From contig CM059425.1 in assembly GCA_030390025.1 (NCBI GenBank), positions 178,624,001 through 178,688,000 of the forward strand: a DNA stretch of 64,000 nt, read 5' to 3'. The position numbers and the translations under genes are program-made. Below the pieces are notes generated by a model, which searched no databases, was not told the DNA's origin, and saw nothing but the letters and a program-made list of their open reading frames with translations. This DNA comes from Squalus acanthias (lineage: Eukaryota). Below, piece after piece: positions 24,394-37,919 of the stretch; position 1 is the first letter of the stretch; every line of letters starts with the position of its first letter.

Positions 24394-25119
24394 GGGCTGG
24401 ATTTTGAATGACCCATGGAGTCGGGTTTGGAGGCGTGTGGGGGGTTAAATTTGCAGGGTCGGGGTTTCCGACCCCATCCCGACTCCATCCCGCCTCCACG
24501 CAATTTTGACAAAATCAGTCGCGGGGTTCCCGACTCCGTCCCGCCTCCAAGAGGCGGGAGAGGCCATTAAAGCCCTTAACAAGCCCTAAATTGGGTCTGT
24601 AATGCTATTTTGAAACGTTGTAGCTAGTTTAACCCTTTTCTGACGTGAAGCACGCCTGGTGTGAAACACTCCAGTGAAACCTGGCGGGAGCACAAGTGGA
24701 TAGCTGACTATCGGCTGCAAGTCCACTATTACAACAGAGATGTGATGAAGGTAGTAGTAGCATTAGGTGTGAAAGTCGCCTCTGATACTGCTACATTGAA
24801 TGTCATGGCATTTGGTGTAACAGGACTTGGATGCAAAAAAAATCCTCTCTCTCTCTCTCTCTCTCTCTCATTTGCATCCAGGTCCTCTCTCACCAGCAGC
24901 CAGACATTCTCTGAGAGCAGGCAGTCATCAATGATGACATCATCAGAGGCGGGTTTCAGACTGAAACCACTAATTAGTTCATGGGTTCCCACATGCTGCA
25001 ACTCAATTGCCCAATTAAGTGAAAATTGCATCAGGCATCCTCATTAATCTGGAGTCGGGGGGGAAACACGAAATGCGGATTACACGACCCCAACCCAACT
25101 CCAAGACAAAATCCAGCCC
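24394..25119. mobile_element. Harbinger MITE (family A)
   Basis: TIR GGGCTGGATTTTG / CAAAATCCAGCCC, TSD AGA, internal (CT)n. Confidence 0.9.
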
Positions 25120-25944
25120 AGAGTCTCTTGTGCATCTGTGCCGTCAGCTCTAGGCCCTAAGCTCTGGGATTCCCTCCATAAGCTTATCTACTTCTCCACC
25201 TTCCTCTCCTCCTTTAAGAACCTCCTTATAACCCATCCCTCTGACCAAGCTTTTGGTCATCCCTGCTAATATCTCCATCTTTGGCTCAGCAACTCTTTTT
25301 TTGATTATGCCTCTAAAGCGCCTTGGGATGTTTCCTATGATAAAAGGGCTATAAAAGTGCAAGTTTTTGTAGTTGTTGACTTCTCAGTGCTGATTTTTAA
25401 ACAAATGGATGGAAAATCGTGGGGAATGTGCTCATGATTTCCTGATATGACCCCTTCCCACCCCGGGACCGAGCTCTTGATGGTCCTGTGGGAGAGTAAA
25501 GACATGAGTTAGACATGTGATATGTAGATTGCAGACACATCCCATTGTGCACATGATGAGCATTCAATTTCTATTGACATCAGATCCCATATGAGTCACT
25601 CATGAATGCCAAATGACATGGACGGAGAATTATTCTGTCACCAGATTGTTCTACTGAGCCCTTCTCTCCGTCCCTCACTTCGAGCTGTTCGACTGTTCCT
25701 GCAATGTCGAGAGCGGCCTCCTCAGCGTGGATGAGCTGTGAGAACGTTGGTAGTCCTCCTCCTGTTCTCTGCCTCTCATTGTGGGCTCTCTTTTCCTGCA
25801 ATGAGGGAAAGAAGTGGAGTTTCAGTGAGAGTGATGGAACGAGAACATAAAAACATAAGAATATAAGAAATAAGAGCAGCAGTAGGCCATTCATCCCTTT
25901 GAGCCTGCTCAGCCATTCAATGAGATCATGGCTGATCTTCTGCC

Positions 25945-28749
25945 TCAATTCCATTCACCGGCCTTATCGCCATATCCCTTACTAGTCAGAAATCTATCAA
26001 CTTCTGTTTTGAATATACCCAATGACTGAGCCTCCACAGCCCTCTGGGGTAGAGAATTCCAAAGATTCGCCACCCTCTGTGTGAAGAAATTTCTTCTCAT
26101 CTCAGTCCTGAATGGCCTACCCTTTATCCTGAGACTCCCCAGCCAAGGGAAACATTCTCCCAGCATCCACCCTATCAAGCCCTGTAATAATTTTGTATGC
26201 TTCAATGAGATCCCCTCTCATTCTTCTGAATTCAAGAGAATACAGGCCTAGTTTACTCAATCTCTTCTCATACGACAGTCCCGCCATCCCAGGAATCAAC
26301 CTCGTGAACCTTCGTTGCACTCCCTCTATGACAAGTTTATCCTTCCTTAGGTAAGGAGACCAAAATTGTACACAGTACTCCAGGTGTGGTCTCACCAAGG
26401 CCCTATATAATTGGAGTAAGACCTCTTTACTCTGTACTCAAATCCTCTTGTAATGAAGGCCAGCATACCATTTGCCTTCCTAATGGCTTGCTGCACCTGC
26501 ACATTTACTTTCAGTGACTCATGTACAAGGACACCCAGGTCCCTTTGAGCATCTGCATTCCCCAATCTTTCACCATTTAGGAAATACTCTGCCTTTCTGT
26601 TTTTTCTTCCAAAGTGGATAACTTCACATTTATCCACATTATATTCCATCTGCCATGTTCTCGCCCACTCACTGAGCTTGTCGAGATCCCCTTGAAGTCT
26701 CTTCACATCCTCTTCACAACTGACACTGCCACCTAGCTTTGTGTCACCAGCAAATTTTGAAATGTTACATTTAGTCCCCTCATCCAAATCATTGATATAG
26801 ATTATGAATAGCTGGGGCCCAAGCACCGATCCTTGCAGTACCCCACTAGTCACAGCCTGCCATCCTGAAAAAGACTCGTTTATCCCTACTCTTTGTTTTC
26901 TGTCTGTTAACCAATTCTCAATCCATGCTAGTATATTACCCCCTATTCCATGTGCCCTAATTTTGTTCACCAACCTCTTGTGTGGGACCTTATCGAAGGC
27001 CTTCTGAAAATCCAGATACACCACATCTATCGGTTCCCCTTTGTCTACTCCACTAGTTACATCCTCAAAGAACTCCAATAGGTTTGTCAAATAGGACTTC
27101 CCTTTCATAAATCCATGTTGACTCTGCCCAATCTTACTATTAGTTTCTAAGTGCCCAGTTATTGCATCCTTTACAATAGATTCCAGCATTTTCCCATCTA
27201 CTGATGTGAGGCTAACAGTTCTGTAGTTCCCCATTTTCTCTCTTCCTCCTTTCTTAAATAGTGGGGTTACATTTGCTATCCTCCAATCTGCAGGAACCGT
27301 TCCAGAATCTATAGAATTTTGGAAGATGACAACCAATGCATCCACTATCCCAATGGCCAACTCTTTCAAAACCCTAGGATGTAGGTCATCCGGTCCTTGA
27401 GATTTATCAACTTTTAGTCCCATTAATTTTGCTAGTACTGTTTTTTTACTAATAATAATTTCTTTAAGTTCCTCATTCTCGCCACACCCTTGGCTTTCTC
27501 GTATTTCTGGGAGGTTTTTTGTGTCTTCCTCCGTGAAGACAGAAGCAAAGTATTTATTTAATTTCTCCGCCATTTCCTCATTCTCCATTATAAATTCTCC
27601 CGTCTCTGACTGTAAAGGACCTACATTTACCTTTGCCAGTCTTTTCCTTTACACATACCTATAGAAGCTTTTACAATCCGTTTTTATATTTTTCGCTAGT
27701 TTGTGCTCATATTCTATTTTCTCTTTCTTTATCAATTTCTTGGTCCCCCTTTGCTGATTTCTAAAAAGATCCCAATCCTCAAGCTGACTGCTTTTTCTGG
27801 CAACTTTATAAGCTTCCTCCTTTGACTTAATACTAGCTTTAATTTCTTTTGATAGCCATGGTTGGATCACTGTTCCTTTTGGGTTTTTATGCCCTGGAGG
27901 AATATATGTTTGTTGCAAATTATGCTTTATTTCCTTGAATGTTAGCCATTGTATGTCCACCTTCATACCTTTTAGTGTAGTCTCCCAATCTACCATGGCC
28001 AACTTGTCCCTCATACCCTTGTAGTTTCCTCTGTTTAGTTTGAAGACCTTAGTTTCAGATTGGACTTCATCGCTCTCAAACTTAATATAAAATTCAATCA
28101 TATTATGGTCTCTTGTCCCTAAAGGCCCCTTTACCACAAGATTATTGATTAGCCCTTTCTCATTACACAGTACCAGATCCAGAATAGCCTGTTCCCTGGT
28201 TGGTTCCTCCACATACTGATCCAGGAAACCATCTCGCATGCATTCCAAGAATTCGTCCTCCACACCATTAGTGGTAATTTGATTTGCCCAGTCAATATGT
28301 AGATTAAAGTCCCCCATGATTACCGTATTGCCCTTGTTACATGCACTTCTAATTTCTTGATTGATACTGTGCCCTACATTACCACTACTGTTTGGTGGCC
28401 TATACACAACTCCCACCAATGTTTTCTGCCCTTTGCTGTTTCTAAGCTCCACCCAAACTGATTCACGATCTGCCGAGCCAAGATCTTTTATCTCTACCGT
28501 ACCGATCTCATCCCTTATTAACAACGCTACGCCACCTCCATTTCCTTTTTGTCTGTACTTCCTAAATGTTGAGTACCCTGGAACATTCAGTTCCCAGCTT
28601 TGGTTACCCTGCAACCATGTCTCTGTAATGGCAATTACATCATACCCATTTACTTCTATTAGTGCCATTAATTCATCCACCTTGTTGCGAATGCTACATG
28701 CATTTAGATAAAGTGCCTTCAACTTTGCCTGTTTAATATTTTTCTGCAC
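25945..28749 (-). pseudogene. CR1 ORF2 (AP endonuclease + reverse transcriptase), disrupted
   Basis: IAITETW, GDFN, DHNMI; YLDFQKAFDKVPH, QGSVLGP, FAGDTK; stop at 27649 and frameshifts near 26430 and 26130. Confidence 0.9.
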
Positions 28750-28879
28750 TTTGACCCTCTTTACTGGTGGCCTTTGTTTCTGCTCCCACTAGTTTTGCTG
28801 ACTACTTTTCTAACTTGCACTTCCAGCTTTGTTTCTCCCTGTTCTGGGCCCAGACTTAGGTTCCCAGCCCCCTGACAAA

Positions 28880-29831
28880 CTAGTTTAAATCATTCCCAAC
28901 AGCACTAGCAAACCCCCCTGCGAGAATATTGGTCCCGGTTCTGCCAAGGTGTAACTCATCCAGCTTGTACAGGTCCCATCTTCCCCAGAATCGGTCCCAA
29001 TGCCTCAGGCATTTAAATCCCACCCTCCTACACCATCTCTCCAGCCATGCATTCATCTGGTTTATTCTCCTATTTTTGCTCTCGCTAGCACGTGGCACTG
29101 GGAGTAATCCTGAGATTACTACCTTATTGGTCCTGCTTTTTAATTTATTTCCTAGCTCCCTATATTCTGCTTGCAGGACCTCGTCCCTCTTTCTACCTAT
29201 GTCGTTGGTACCGATATGGACCACGACCTCTGGCTGTTCACCCTCCCCCTTCAGAATGTCCTGCAGCTGCTCAGTCACATCCTTGACCCTGGCACCAGGG
29301 AGGCAACATACCATCCTGGAGTCACGTCTGCGGTCACAGAAACGTCTATCTGTTCCCCTTACGATAGAATCCCCATATCACTATTGCTCTCCCACTCTTT
29401 TTCCTCCCCTCCTGTGCAGCTGAGCCAGTCGTAGTGCCACGGACTTGGCTCTTGCTGCATTCCCCTGAGAAACCATCTCCCCCAGCATTATCCAAAACAG
29501 AAAATCTGGTGGCGAGCGAGATGGATCCACGCGACTCCTGCACTACCTTCCTAGTTCTTTTACTCTGTCTGGCGGTCACCCATTCCCTTTCTGCCTGTAT
29601 ACTCTTTACCTGCGGTGTGACCACCTCATTAAACGTGCTATCCACGAAGATCTCAGCCTTGCGGATGCTCCACAGTGACTCCAGCCGCAGCTCCAGCTCC
29701 GAAACGTGGATTTCGAGTAGCTGCAGCTGGAGACACTTCTTGCACACGTGTTCACCCTGGACACCGAAAGTGTCCCTGACTTCGAACATAGCACAGGAGG
29801 AGCACTCCATGCTGCCGAGCTGCCCTGCCAT
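28880..29831 (-). pseudogene. CR1 ORF1 (zinc finger/coiled coil + SGNH esterase), frameshifted
   Basis: CSSC...CKKC, leucine heptads, CCLPGARVKD, VVHIGTND, DELHL; frameshift near 29375. Confidence 0.88.
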
Positions 29832-31203
29832 GTCCTACCCTTAATTTACTCCCTTTACTTCTCTAAATTAAAGAATATTAAATACACTAGGGACCTTACT
29901 TCACTTTAAATACTACTCACTCTAAAGTAGAGACCTTACTTTTACTTTAATGACTGGACTGTAGAAATACTCACCAGGTCCTACTTACCAATCAGCTCCT
30001 TCCCTGGTTGTGACGTCACTTTAGCGGTTTCGCAGTTGTTGTTGTTGTTTGACTGCTCCCGCTCTCGGACTCTTTCTTGGGTGTAAAGTAAGAACCAAAT
30101 CCTACAGATTGAAAAATTAGGGAAAGCAAAGGCGAAGCAAGGGAGCTCCTCCTTGCACTCCTCACCCACCTAACTCCCTCACTCACCCAACTCTCAGCAC
30201 TCTGTGCAAACCGCACTCAGTGCAGATCGCTCTGTGAAGCCTGTTTATATAGGCCAAGTTTCCCTACTTAAGTGCTGTCAGCTGCTCTGAATTATCCTCT
30301 GCCTTCTCTGGGGCTGCCGACTCCTTTCAGGTCTGCTGTCCTCGGCCTCCCGCGCTCTTTATCCTCTGCCTTCTCCGGGGCTGCCGACTCCTTTCAGTGT
30401 AAAGAATGGATAGGATAGATGTTTAGTGGGAGACTATGATGGAGTGAGCTCCCATTCCCAAGTTTCCTCCTTTGGAGTTGTTAGTTGTTGTCATTGCACA
30501 ACATTGAGGGTGGGTGTGAGAGGTGCATAGTAAGATGGGGATGTGATTCTGTACATAGGGAGAGAGGGATGGGTGATGGTGCAAGGGATGTTGGGGTGAG
30601 TTAGATTGTGCAGGAGTAGGGGTGGCAATACAGAGTGATGGGGATGTGATGACAGGCACAGCAGAATTAAGGTAAGTGTACTTTTATACTCACTTTTCCA
30701 GAATGCTGGAGATCATTGAACCTCTTCCTGCATTTGACCCAGGTGCGACTGAACAGACACCTTGCAGTGACCTCCTCAGCTATTTGCAGCCAGGCTGCCT
30801 TTGTCTGCTGTGGAGGTTTCCTTCTTCCATCCCCCGGGAATAGTACCTCCCTACGTCCTCTGACTCCCTCCACAAGAACATGGAGGGAGTCATCGTTGAA
30901 GTGGGGAGCAGCCTTTGGTCTCTCTGCAGACATCGTTGACAGCACCAGCACTCAGGAGAATCAATAACGACGTGGGAGCCAATGGGGACACGGCCCCCTT
31001 AAATACACCGGCTGCAAACTCGTCATCAGAGCAGCTCAGCAGACCCGCACCTTGTGATGAGGCTGGGTAACGTGCACGGCGGGCTTAACGAATCCAATCA
31101 ACAGAAAATTGTGTCAGCAGACCGGCTGGAGCCGGGAGCTGGACCGGAACCCGCCGACTAACATTCCCGCCGCCAACCCGCCTCCAATCGGAAAATTCAG
31201 CTC

Positions 31204-33885
31204 ATAGAATGGTTACAGCACGGATGAAGGCCATTCGGCCCGTCAAGCCCGTGCCGGCTCTCTGCAAGTCCCATTCCCCCTGTAGCTCTGCAAATTGTTT
31301 TCCTTTAGGTACTTATCCAACTCCCTTTTGAAAGCCATGATTGAGTCTGCCTCCACCATTCTTTCAGGCATTGCATTCCAGATCCTAACCACGCACTGAG
31401 TAAAAAAGTTTTCCTCATGTCACCTTTGGTACTTCTGCCAATCACCTTAAATCTGTGTCCCCTGGTTTTCGACCCTTCTGCCAATAGGAACAGTTTCTCT
31501 CCATCTACTCTGTCCAGACCCCTCATGATTTTGAACTCCTCTATCAAATCTCCTCTCAATCTTCTCTGCTCTAAGGAGAACAATCACAGCTTCTCCAGTC
31601 TATCTACGTAACTGAAGTCCCTCATTCCTGGAATCATTCTCGTAAATCTTTTCTGCACCCACTCTAAGGCCTTCACATCCTTCCTAAAGTGCGGTGCCCA
31701 GAATTGGACACAATGGGGTGATTTTACCAATGGGAGCACGTTGGAGGCGGGACTGCTGCTTGTCGGGTTTTAGTCCCGCCTCCATCGACTTGTGGCCAAT
31801 CCACGCTATTTTCCCTTGATTGACCTTGTTAAGTCCGCCCAGCGGGCTTAGCAGGCTAATTAAGGGAAAGCCGATGACAGAGAACGTCAGCGTATGACGT
31901 TTCATCTGTCAAAAAATTTTGACAGATGAATTGTCATCGTTTGACAGCTTTGAGAAGCTGTCAAACACTGACATTCTCTGTTGTTTGGTGAGTTCTTGTA
32001 CTCAAGACTCACCAAACCTATTTCCTAAGCAGAAATCAGATGGCTGTTGCATCGGAGAATGCAGCAGCCATTCTGTCATCTCTGCCGTGGAGATGTCGGT
32101 GTCTTCGGTTCCCCAACGATTGAAGACTGCAGGAAGAAACAAAGGTAAGTAAACTTTTTCGAACACTTTTCACTCACCTCACATACTTACCTCTCCACAC
32201 TTGCACCCATCACTCACCTCCACAGCGCATTTTTGGACCCCTCTCACCCCTGCAGACCCACTGCTCGCCTCGCTGACCCTGGCGGGGTTACCCGACGTCG
32301 GGAAGCCCGCACCTCTGTTGGAAAAATGGGGATAATCCTCTTAACTGCCTGTTAACTACCTGTTAACAGGCAGGTAAGTGGCTGTAATCCCCTTCCTGCC
32401 TCCAGGAGACAGGACCCGGTGCGGGTCGGGTACCCGCCTCCTGGGAAGATGGCACGGAGGCGGGATGGGTACCCGCCCCCGGATTCTACCATTTTCCTGG
32501 CAGTCCCGCCTCCAAACCCGCCTCCCCAGGGCTGGCAAAATCGCCCCCTATACTCCAGTTGAGGCCGAACCAGTGTTTTATACAGGTTCATCATAATTTC
32601 CACGCTTTTGTACTCTGTCCCTCTATTCATGAAGCCCAGGATCCCGTAATCTTTTTTAACTGCTTTCTCAACCTGCCCTGCCACCGTCAATGATTTGTAC
32701 ACATATACCCCTAGGTCTCTCTGTTCGTGCACCACTTTAGGATTGTACCATTTAGTTTATATTTCCTCTCTTCATTCTTTCTACCAAAATGTATCACTTC
32801 GCACTTTTCTGTGTTAAATTTCATCTGCCACGTGCCCGCCATTCCACCAGCCTGTCTATGTCCTCTTGAAGGCTATCACAATCCTCCTCACTGTTCACTA
32901 TACTTCCAAGTTTTGTGTCAACTGCAAATTTTGAATTGTGCCCTGTATACCCACATCCAAGTCAGTAATATATGTCAGGAAATGCAGTGGTCCTAGATGC
33001 AACCCCTGGGGAACACTACTGTATACCTTCCTCCAGTCCGAAAAACAATCGTTCACTACTACTCTCTGTTTCCTGTCACTTAGCCAATTTCGTATCCGTG
33101 CTGCCACTGTCCCTTTTATTCCATGGGCTTCAACTTTGTTGGCAAGCCTATTATGTGGCACTTTGTCAAACTTCTTTTGGCAATCCATGTACACCACGTC
33201 AACCGCATTACCCTCATCAACCCTCTCTGTTGCCTCATCAAAAACTCGATCAGGTTGGTTAAACACGATTTGCCTTTAACAAATCCGTGCTGGCTTACCT
33301 TAATTAATCCACACATGTCCAAGTGACTGTTAATTTTGTCCCGGATTATTGTTTCTAAAAGCTTCCCCACTTCTGAGGTTAAACTGACCGGCCTATAGTT
33401 GCCGGGTTTATCTTTACACCCTTTTTTGAACAAGGGTGTAACATTTGCAATTCTCCAGTTTTCTGGCACCACCCCCGTTTCCAAGGAGGCTTGGAAGATT
33501 ATGGCCAATACCTCTGCGATTTCTACCTTCACTTCCCTCAGCGTCCTAGGATGCATCCCATCTGGTCCTGGTGACTTATCTACTTTAATTACAGCCAGCC
33601 TATCTAGTACCTCATCTTTATTAATTCTTATCCCATCCAGTAGCTCCTCTACCTCCTCCTTCACTATGTCTATGGCAGCATCCTCTTCCTTGGTGAAGAC
33701 AAATGCAAAGTACTCATTTAGTACCTTAGCCATACCCTCTGCCACCATACGTAGGTCTCCTTTTTGGTCCCTAATCGGCCCCACCCCTCCTCTTACTACC
33801 CGATTTAATATTTATATGCCTATAGAAGACTTTTGGATTACCTTTTATGTTGGCTGCCATTCTATTCTCATACCCTCTCTTTGCC
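31204..33885 (-). mobile_element. CR1 LINE 3' half (RT), disrupted
   Basis: KSPGPDGMHPR, NYRPVSLTS, QHGF, FDKVPH, FSLEQRRLRGDL; split by MITE 31715-32548. Confidence 0.9.
31715..32548. mobile_element. Harbinger MITE (family B)
   Basis: TIR GGGGTGATTTT / AAAATCGCCCCC; CR1 flanks rejoin; related to 55523-56393 in opposite orientation. Confidence 0.85.
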
Positions 33886-34424
33886 CTCTTATTTTCTTTT
33901 TCACTTCTCCTCTGACCTTTCTATATATTGCCATTTATTATTATATCTACAGTACTTTATTATTCTTTTCATTTCACTGCTTTTTAAATATTTGTTGCCC
34001 TTTCTCAGGGTTTTAGTCAACCATGTTGGTGTGGGACCAGGTAAGAATGCCAAGTTTCCTTCCCTAAAGCACATAGTGAACCAATTGGGTTTTTACAACA
34101 ATCTGACTGCTTCACTTTTACTGATTTATTTCCAGAATATTTTAAACTGAACTCAAGTTCTCAAACTAAATGGTGGGATTTTAACTCATGTTCTCTGGAT
34201 TATTCTGGTGCACTTTTCCCATTCAACAGTTTGCGTGATTAACACCCCAAATGTTATGAAATAGGGTATCTTGTATTTATTTTTATATCTTTAGTTATTT
34301 TTAGCTACCAATTATGAACCGCTATTTTACTCAGATATTTGTGGACCTGACCCTTCTTGCTCATACATGATTGGGCTTCAACCTCTGATCATGTGTCCCA
34401 CGCTTGCCCCCAATAGACCCATCT

Positions 34425-34580
34425 CATAGAGTCATAACGGCACAGAAGGAGGCCATTCGGCCCATCGAATCCGCGCCAGCTCTCTGTAGAGCAATCCAGT
34501 CAGTCCCATTCCCCCGCTCTATCCCCGTAGCCCTGCAAGTTTATTTCCCTCAAATGCCTATCCAGTCTCCCCTTGAAAAC
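34425..34580 (-). mobile_element. CR1 3' end
   Basis: Reverse complement of 55365-55522. Confidence 0.8.
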
Positions 34581-36671
34581 ATTGCAGGTGCAGTGAATTA
34601 CTATTTTATTCCGTGCCTATTATCTTCGCCTTTATCGTGTTATTTGTGCAATTGCTCCCACAATCATGAATGTTCCTCCGTTGACAATCAGAAAGCACTA
34701 TTTTATTCTGGGGCATATGCCCACTCCAATCACAGCATGCCAACACGTGCAGTCTTCACACTTCAGGCATTACACTTTACAGATGCTGGGCGCTTCTTAG
34801 CGGCAACTTGAAACTGCCAATCACATTCCACTCTAAAATGTTCCCATACCAAATAAGAATTAAACTTGGGATGACCTTGGGTTGTACTTACCAACAGAAA
34901 TAAGACTTTTTTGTGCTTAAAGGGAAGGCTGGTTTAAAGGGAAGGCTAACTTAAATCCGGCTCCATCTTTACAGCAGAACAATGCATTGTACATTACTTC
35001 ATATAAAGTTCTGGTCATTATAAAACAGCTTATCATTTGATTTACTATGAGCAACACCCTGGGAAATTGGCTAGCAATTTAAAAAATGAAATGTGTGGAA
35101 GCAGCAGCAGTATGGAGAAGATAACAGAAAAGTAATTACTGAAGCAAAATTTACCTTTGACATTTGGAGCCAGATTATGGTGTTGCGCTGCACCCAAATT
35201 TCAACTTAACGTATTCATAGCGGATTGTAACTTCCTATCTCACTCTGTTTATTTCTTATCATGCAATAAATGAAGCAGAAAATACATTACAATTATAATT
35301 TTATATCATTGAATTGTGTTTTCTAAATTTTCTGTCAAGATTTATTCCAGTAGCCTTACCTGTATAGGATAAGGGTACAGACCTGTCACATCAGTTTCCT
35401 GAATCTCTTGTCATTTGAATAAATTACACTGTTATCAAGATTGCAAATGACGTAAAATGCCATCTTGAGCTGTAAATGCTGTGGTGCTATAAAGGCTGCA
35501 TTAATGACTAAGAGAAGACATTTACAGTGTATGGTGATGAATCACTGTAATGTAATGTACGTGGTAGCTCTATTTCTGCAATTTGATTAAATTCGCAAGT
35601 TTATTCATGGAAAATGTGACGTCAGTTGACAGAGTTATCAACTATAAGATGTCAATGGGAGCACCTACAGGGTATTTGTTAAAGGAGTCAATATTGAAGT
35701 GACAATTATATTCCTTATGATAAGGACACATTTTATTAGACCCACATTATAGCATATTCAGATGTTTGAAGGCAGACTAACTTTCATGTTTCTTCTAATA
35801 AATGGGAACTGTTTGTGGTGTAGTTTGTACAATGCTATGGAAAATGGAGGGTAAATTTAGAAATCTTGCACTCCCAGATTTTACAGGAGCGGAGGTCACA
35901 GACAGGGCTACAACACTGTAGCACTGATTCTCCAATCCTCAATCCTGTTAAGTGAGGCTCCATGCTGGGAGCACAGGACTACTAAATACATTCTATCGTG
36001 TGTACAGATACAACCTTCCAGATTATTACAAAATTAACATTTAATGAAGCAGGACACAGCTTCTCTTTAAAGTAGGTAGGTTCTTTATTAAAAACTATGT
36101 TGAAATATTAAAAGTCCTGATGCTATACCTTAGATTTTATTCCCTAAATTATGTTACTCCCCTGTTTTCAAATTGACTATTCCACTGAATGGTGTCATGG
36201 GTCAAGGAGATAATTCAAAAAGCTTGGTTTATATTCAAGATTCATCATCAGCAGAGCAGCCCATAGAGAACAAGAGGAACATCATAAACTTGGCAATAGA
36301 TCTGTAGGCATACATTTAAGAGTTTAAACCTCTGAACATGTGAACATTAATGATGGATTAATTCTGTCTAAATTTTTGAAAGTTTGCACTTTAAATGCTG
36401 ACTCAGAGTGTGTATCTGGACCCAAACAGACATGTCAGATGTCAGCATATAGCAGGAACAATCATTCACTTTGCTTTCAAGATGTGACCCATTTTGATGC
36501 AAGTAACTCTTTAAAATAAATTTGCTTCCTTGCATGTAAATAGGTTTGCAATATGTATTGCTCTTACTGATCATAAATAGCAATCCTAACATTTCCCCAG
36601 TGTTGACAGATCTGTCCAAGATATTACTGCAACTGACATGAGGAATATGCTTTGTAATTGTTTTGCAATCT

Positions 36672-37063
36672 TCTTCCCTATTCTCCTGAAGGTGTTAACT
36701 CTTGCTGGGTATGATTCCACTGGCAGCAGCACCCTTCCAATACCTTAAAAAAGGAGCCATTCTACATGTGTAAGCCTAGACAGTGAGTGCTTTGAGGTTA
36801 ATTGACAGCCGAAGCTATCATATTCGAGCTAATCGTATCTTCTCCTGATGTTCAATGTAGGTAGTTTCTAGTCGGGATCACTGGATAAGAATTAGGAGCA
36901 AGGACCCAACTTGACTTTCCCCCCCTTGGCCCAGGAACAATGAGGCAAACTGTAGTGCTCCAGCTGCTGTCCTGCCTGACATCAGCCATATCAGCATGTA
37001 CTTGCATTGAGCCTAGAACCTCTGGACTGTATCGCTCAATTTACACCAGGCTACTATGCCATT
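36672..37063 (-). mobile_element. SINE-like repeat (unnamed family)
   Basis: Colinear with 3495-3856 and 61310-61660. Confidence 0.6.
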
Positions 37064-37137
37064 GGGAGAGCTCACCAAACATTCTCCTTTAAGCAAATCA
37101 CCAAATTTATGAAAGAAACAACAGCAGAAAATAAAAG

Positions 37138-37825
37138 GGGCTGGATTTTGATACTGGGGCGGGTTGGGGTCGTGTCATCCACTTTTCGTGTTATCCACCC
37201 GACTGCAATTGGATGTGGGAGATTGATGCAATTTTCACCTAATTGGGCAATTGAGTTCCAGCATGTGGGAACCCATGACCCAATTAGTGTTTTCAGTCTG
37301 AAAGTCGCCTCTGATGATGTCATCATTGCTGCTGCATTGAAGGTCTTCAAAGACTGCCTGGCCTTTGCTGTGAGAGGACCTGGATGCAAAATGAGCAGCA
37401 GCAGCCCTAAGTCTGCTCCCAGATATTTTTACACCACCACTCCCAGATATGTCTCCTCCCCATCCATCCACATAGCCATCCATATATGCATCCCCATAGC
37501 CAGCCAGCGTCGGCTATCCAAATGTGCTCCCGCCAGGTTTCACATTTGTGGTTCAGAACAGGCGTGCTTCATGTAGAAAAAGGGTTAAAATCATGAAGGC
37601 CTTTCAAAATGGCATTATAGTGGCAATTTAGTGCTTGTTAAGGGCCTTAACAGCCTATCCTGCCTCTTAGAGGCGGGATAGAGTCGGGACCAGCAGACAC
37701 AATTTAATGAAAATTGCGTGGAGGTGGGATGGAGGCGGGATTGTGCCCGCCCGCCAGTTTTTGCAATTTTAACCCCCCCCACACGCCTCCAAACCCACCT
37801 CCACGGGTCAATGAAAATCCAGCCC
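37138..37825. mobile_element. Harbinger MITE (family A), inverted orientation
   Basis: TIR GGGCTGGATTTT / AAAATCCAGCCC, TSD AAG. Confidence 0.9.
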
Positions 37826-37919
37826 AAGATCTCCATTCATTCAGCTGAGTTAAATTACTTCATTCCAGTCGTGTTCCATTTTACAGTTGTCTCAAACCCC
37901 TCCACTGTCTTTGAATTGT

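Larger units (their letters stand above)
17100..25378 (+). mobile_element. Fragmented L2 LINE hosting nested insertions
   Basis: L2 segments 17100-17304, 22814-23906, 24059-24393, 25120-25378 are colinear (NPRLFFST; NYHLISNFPFLAK; LLFLIYMLPL; LHWLP; L2 tail). Confidence 0.8.
25844..30397 (-). mobile_element. Near full-length CR1 LINE
   Basis: 5'UTR, ORF1, ORF2 and TTCTTATG-type tail; flanks rejoin as Myb intron 1. Confidence 0.93.
25470..31203 (-). mobile_element. Truncated Harbinger copy (Myb exons 1-2 and start of exon 3) interrupted by CR1
   Basis: Exon 1 near 30933-30694 (MSAERPKAAPHFNDD...RTWVKCRKRFNDL), exon 2 near 25795-25640 (EKRAHNERQRTGGG); introns align to 17820-18475; end GGAAAATTCAGCTC. 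Confidence 0.85.

Noticed and set aside
24661..25047. Recurrent ORF motif (WVPTCWNSIAQL / NWAIEFQHVGTH) also at 37007 and 38334
   Set aside because: Shared MITE arm DNA; ORF starts and lengths differ between copies
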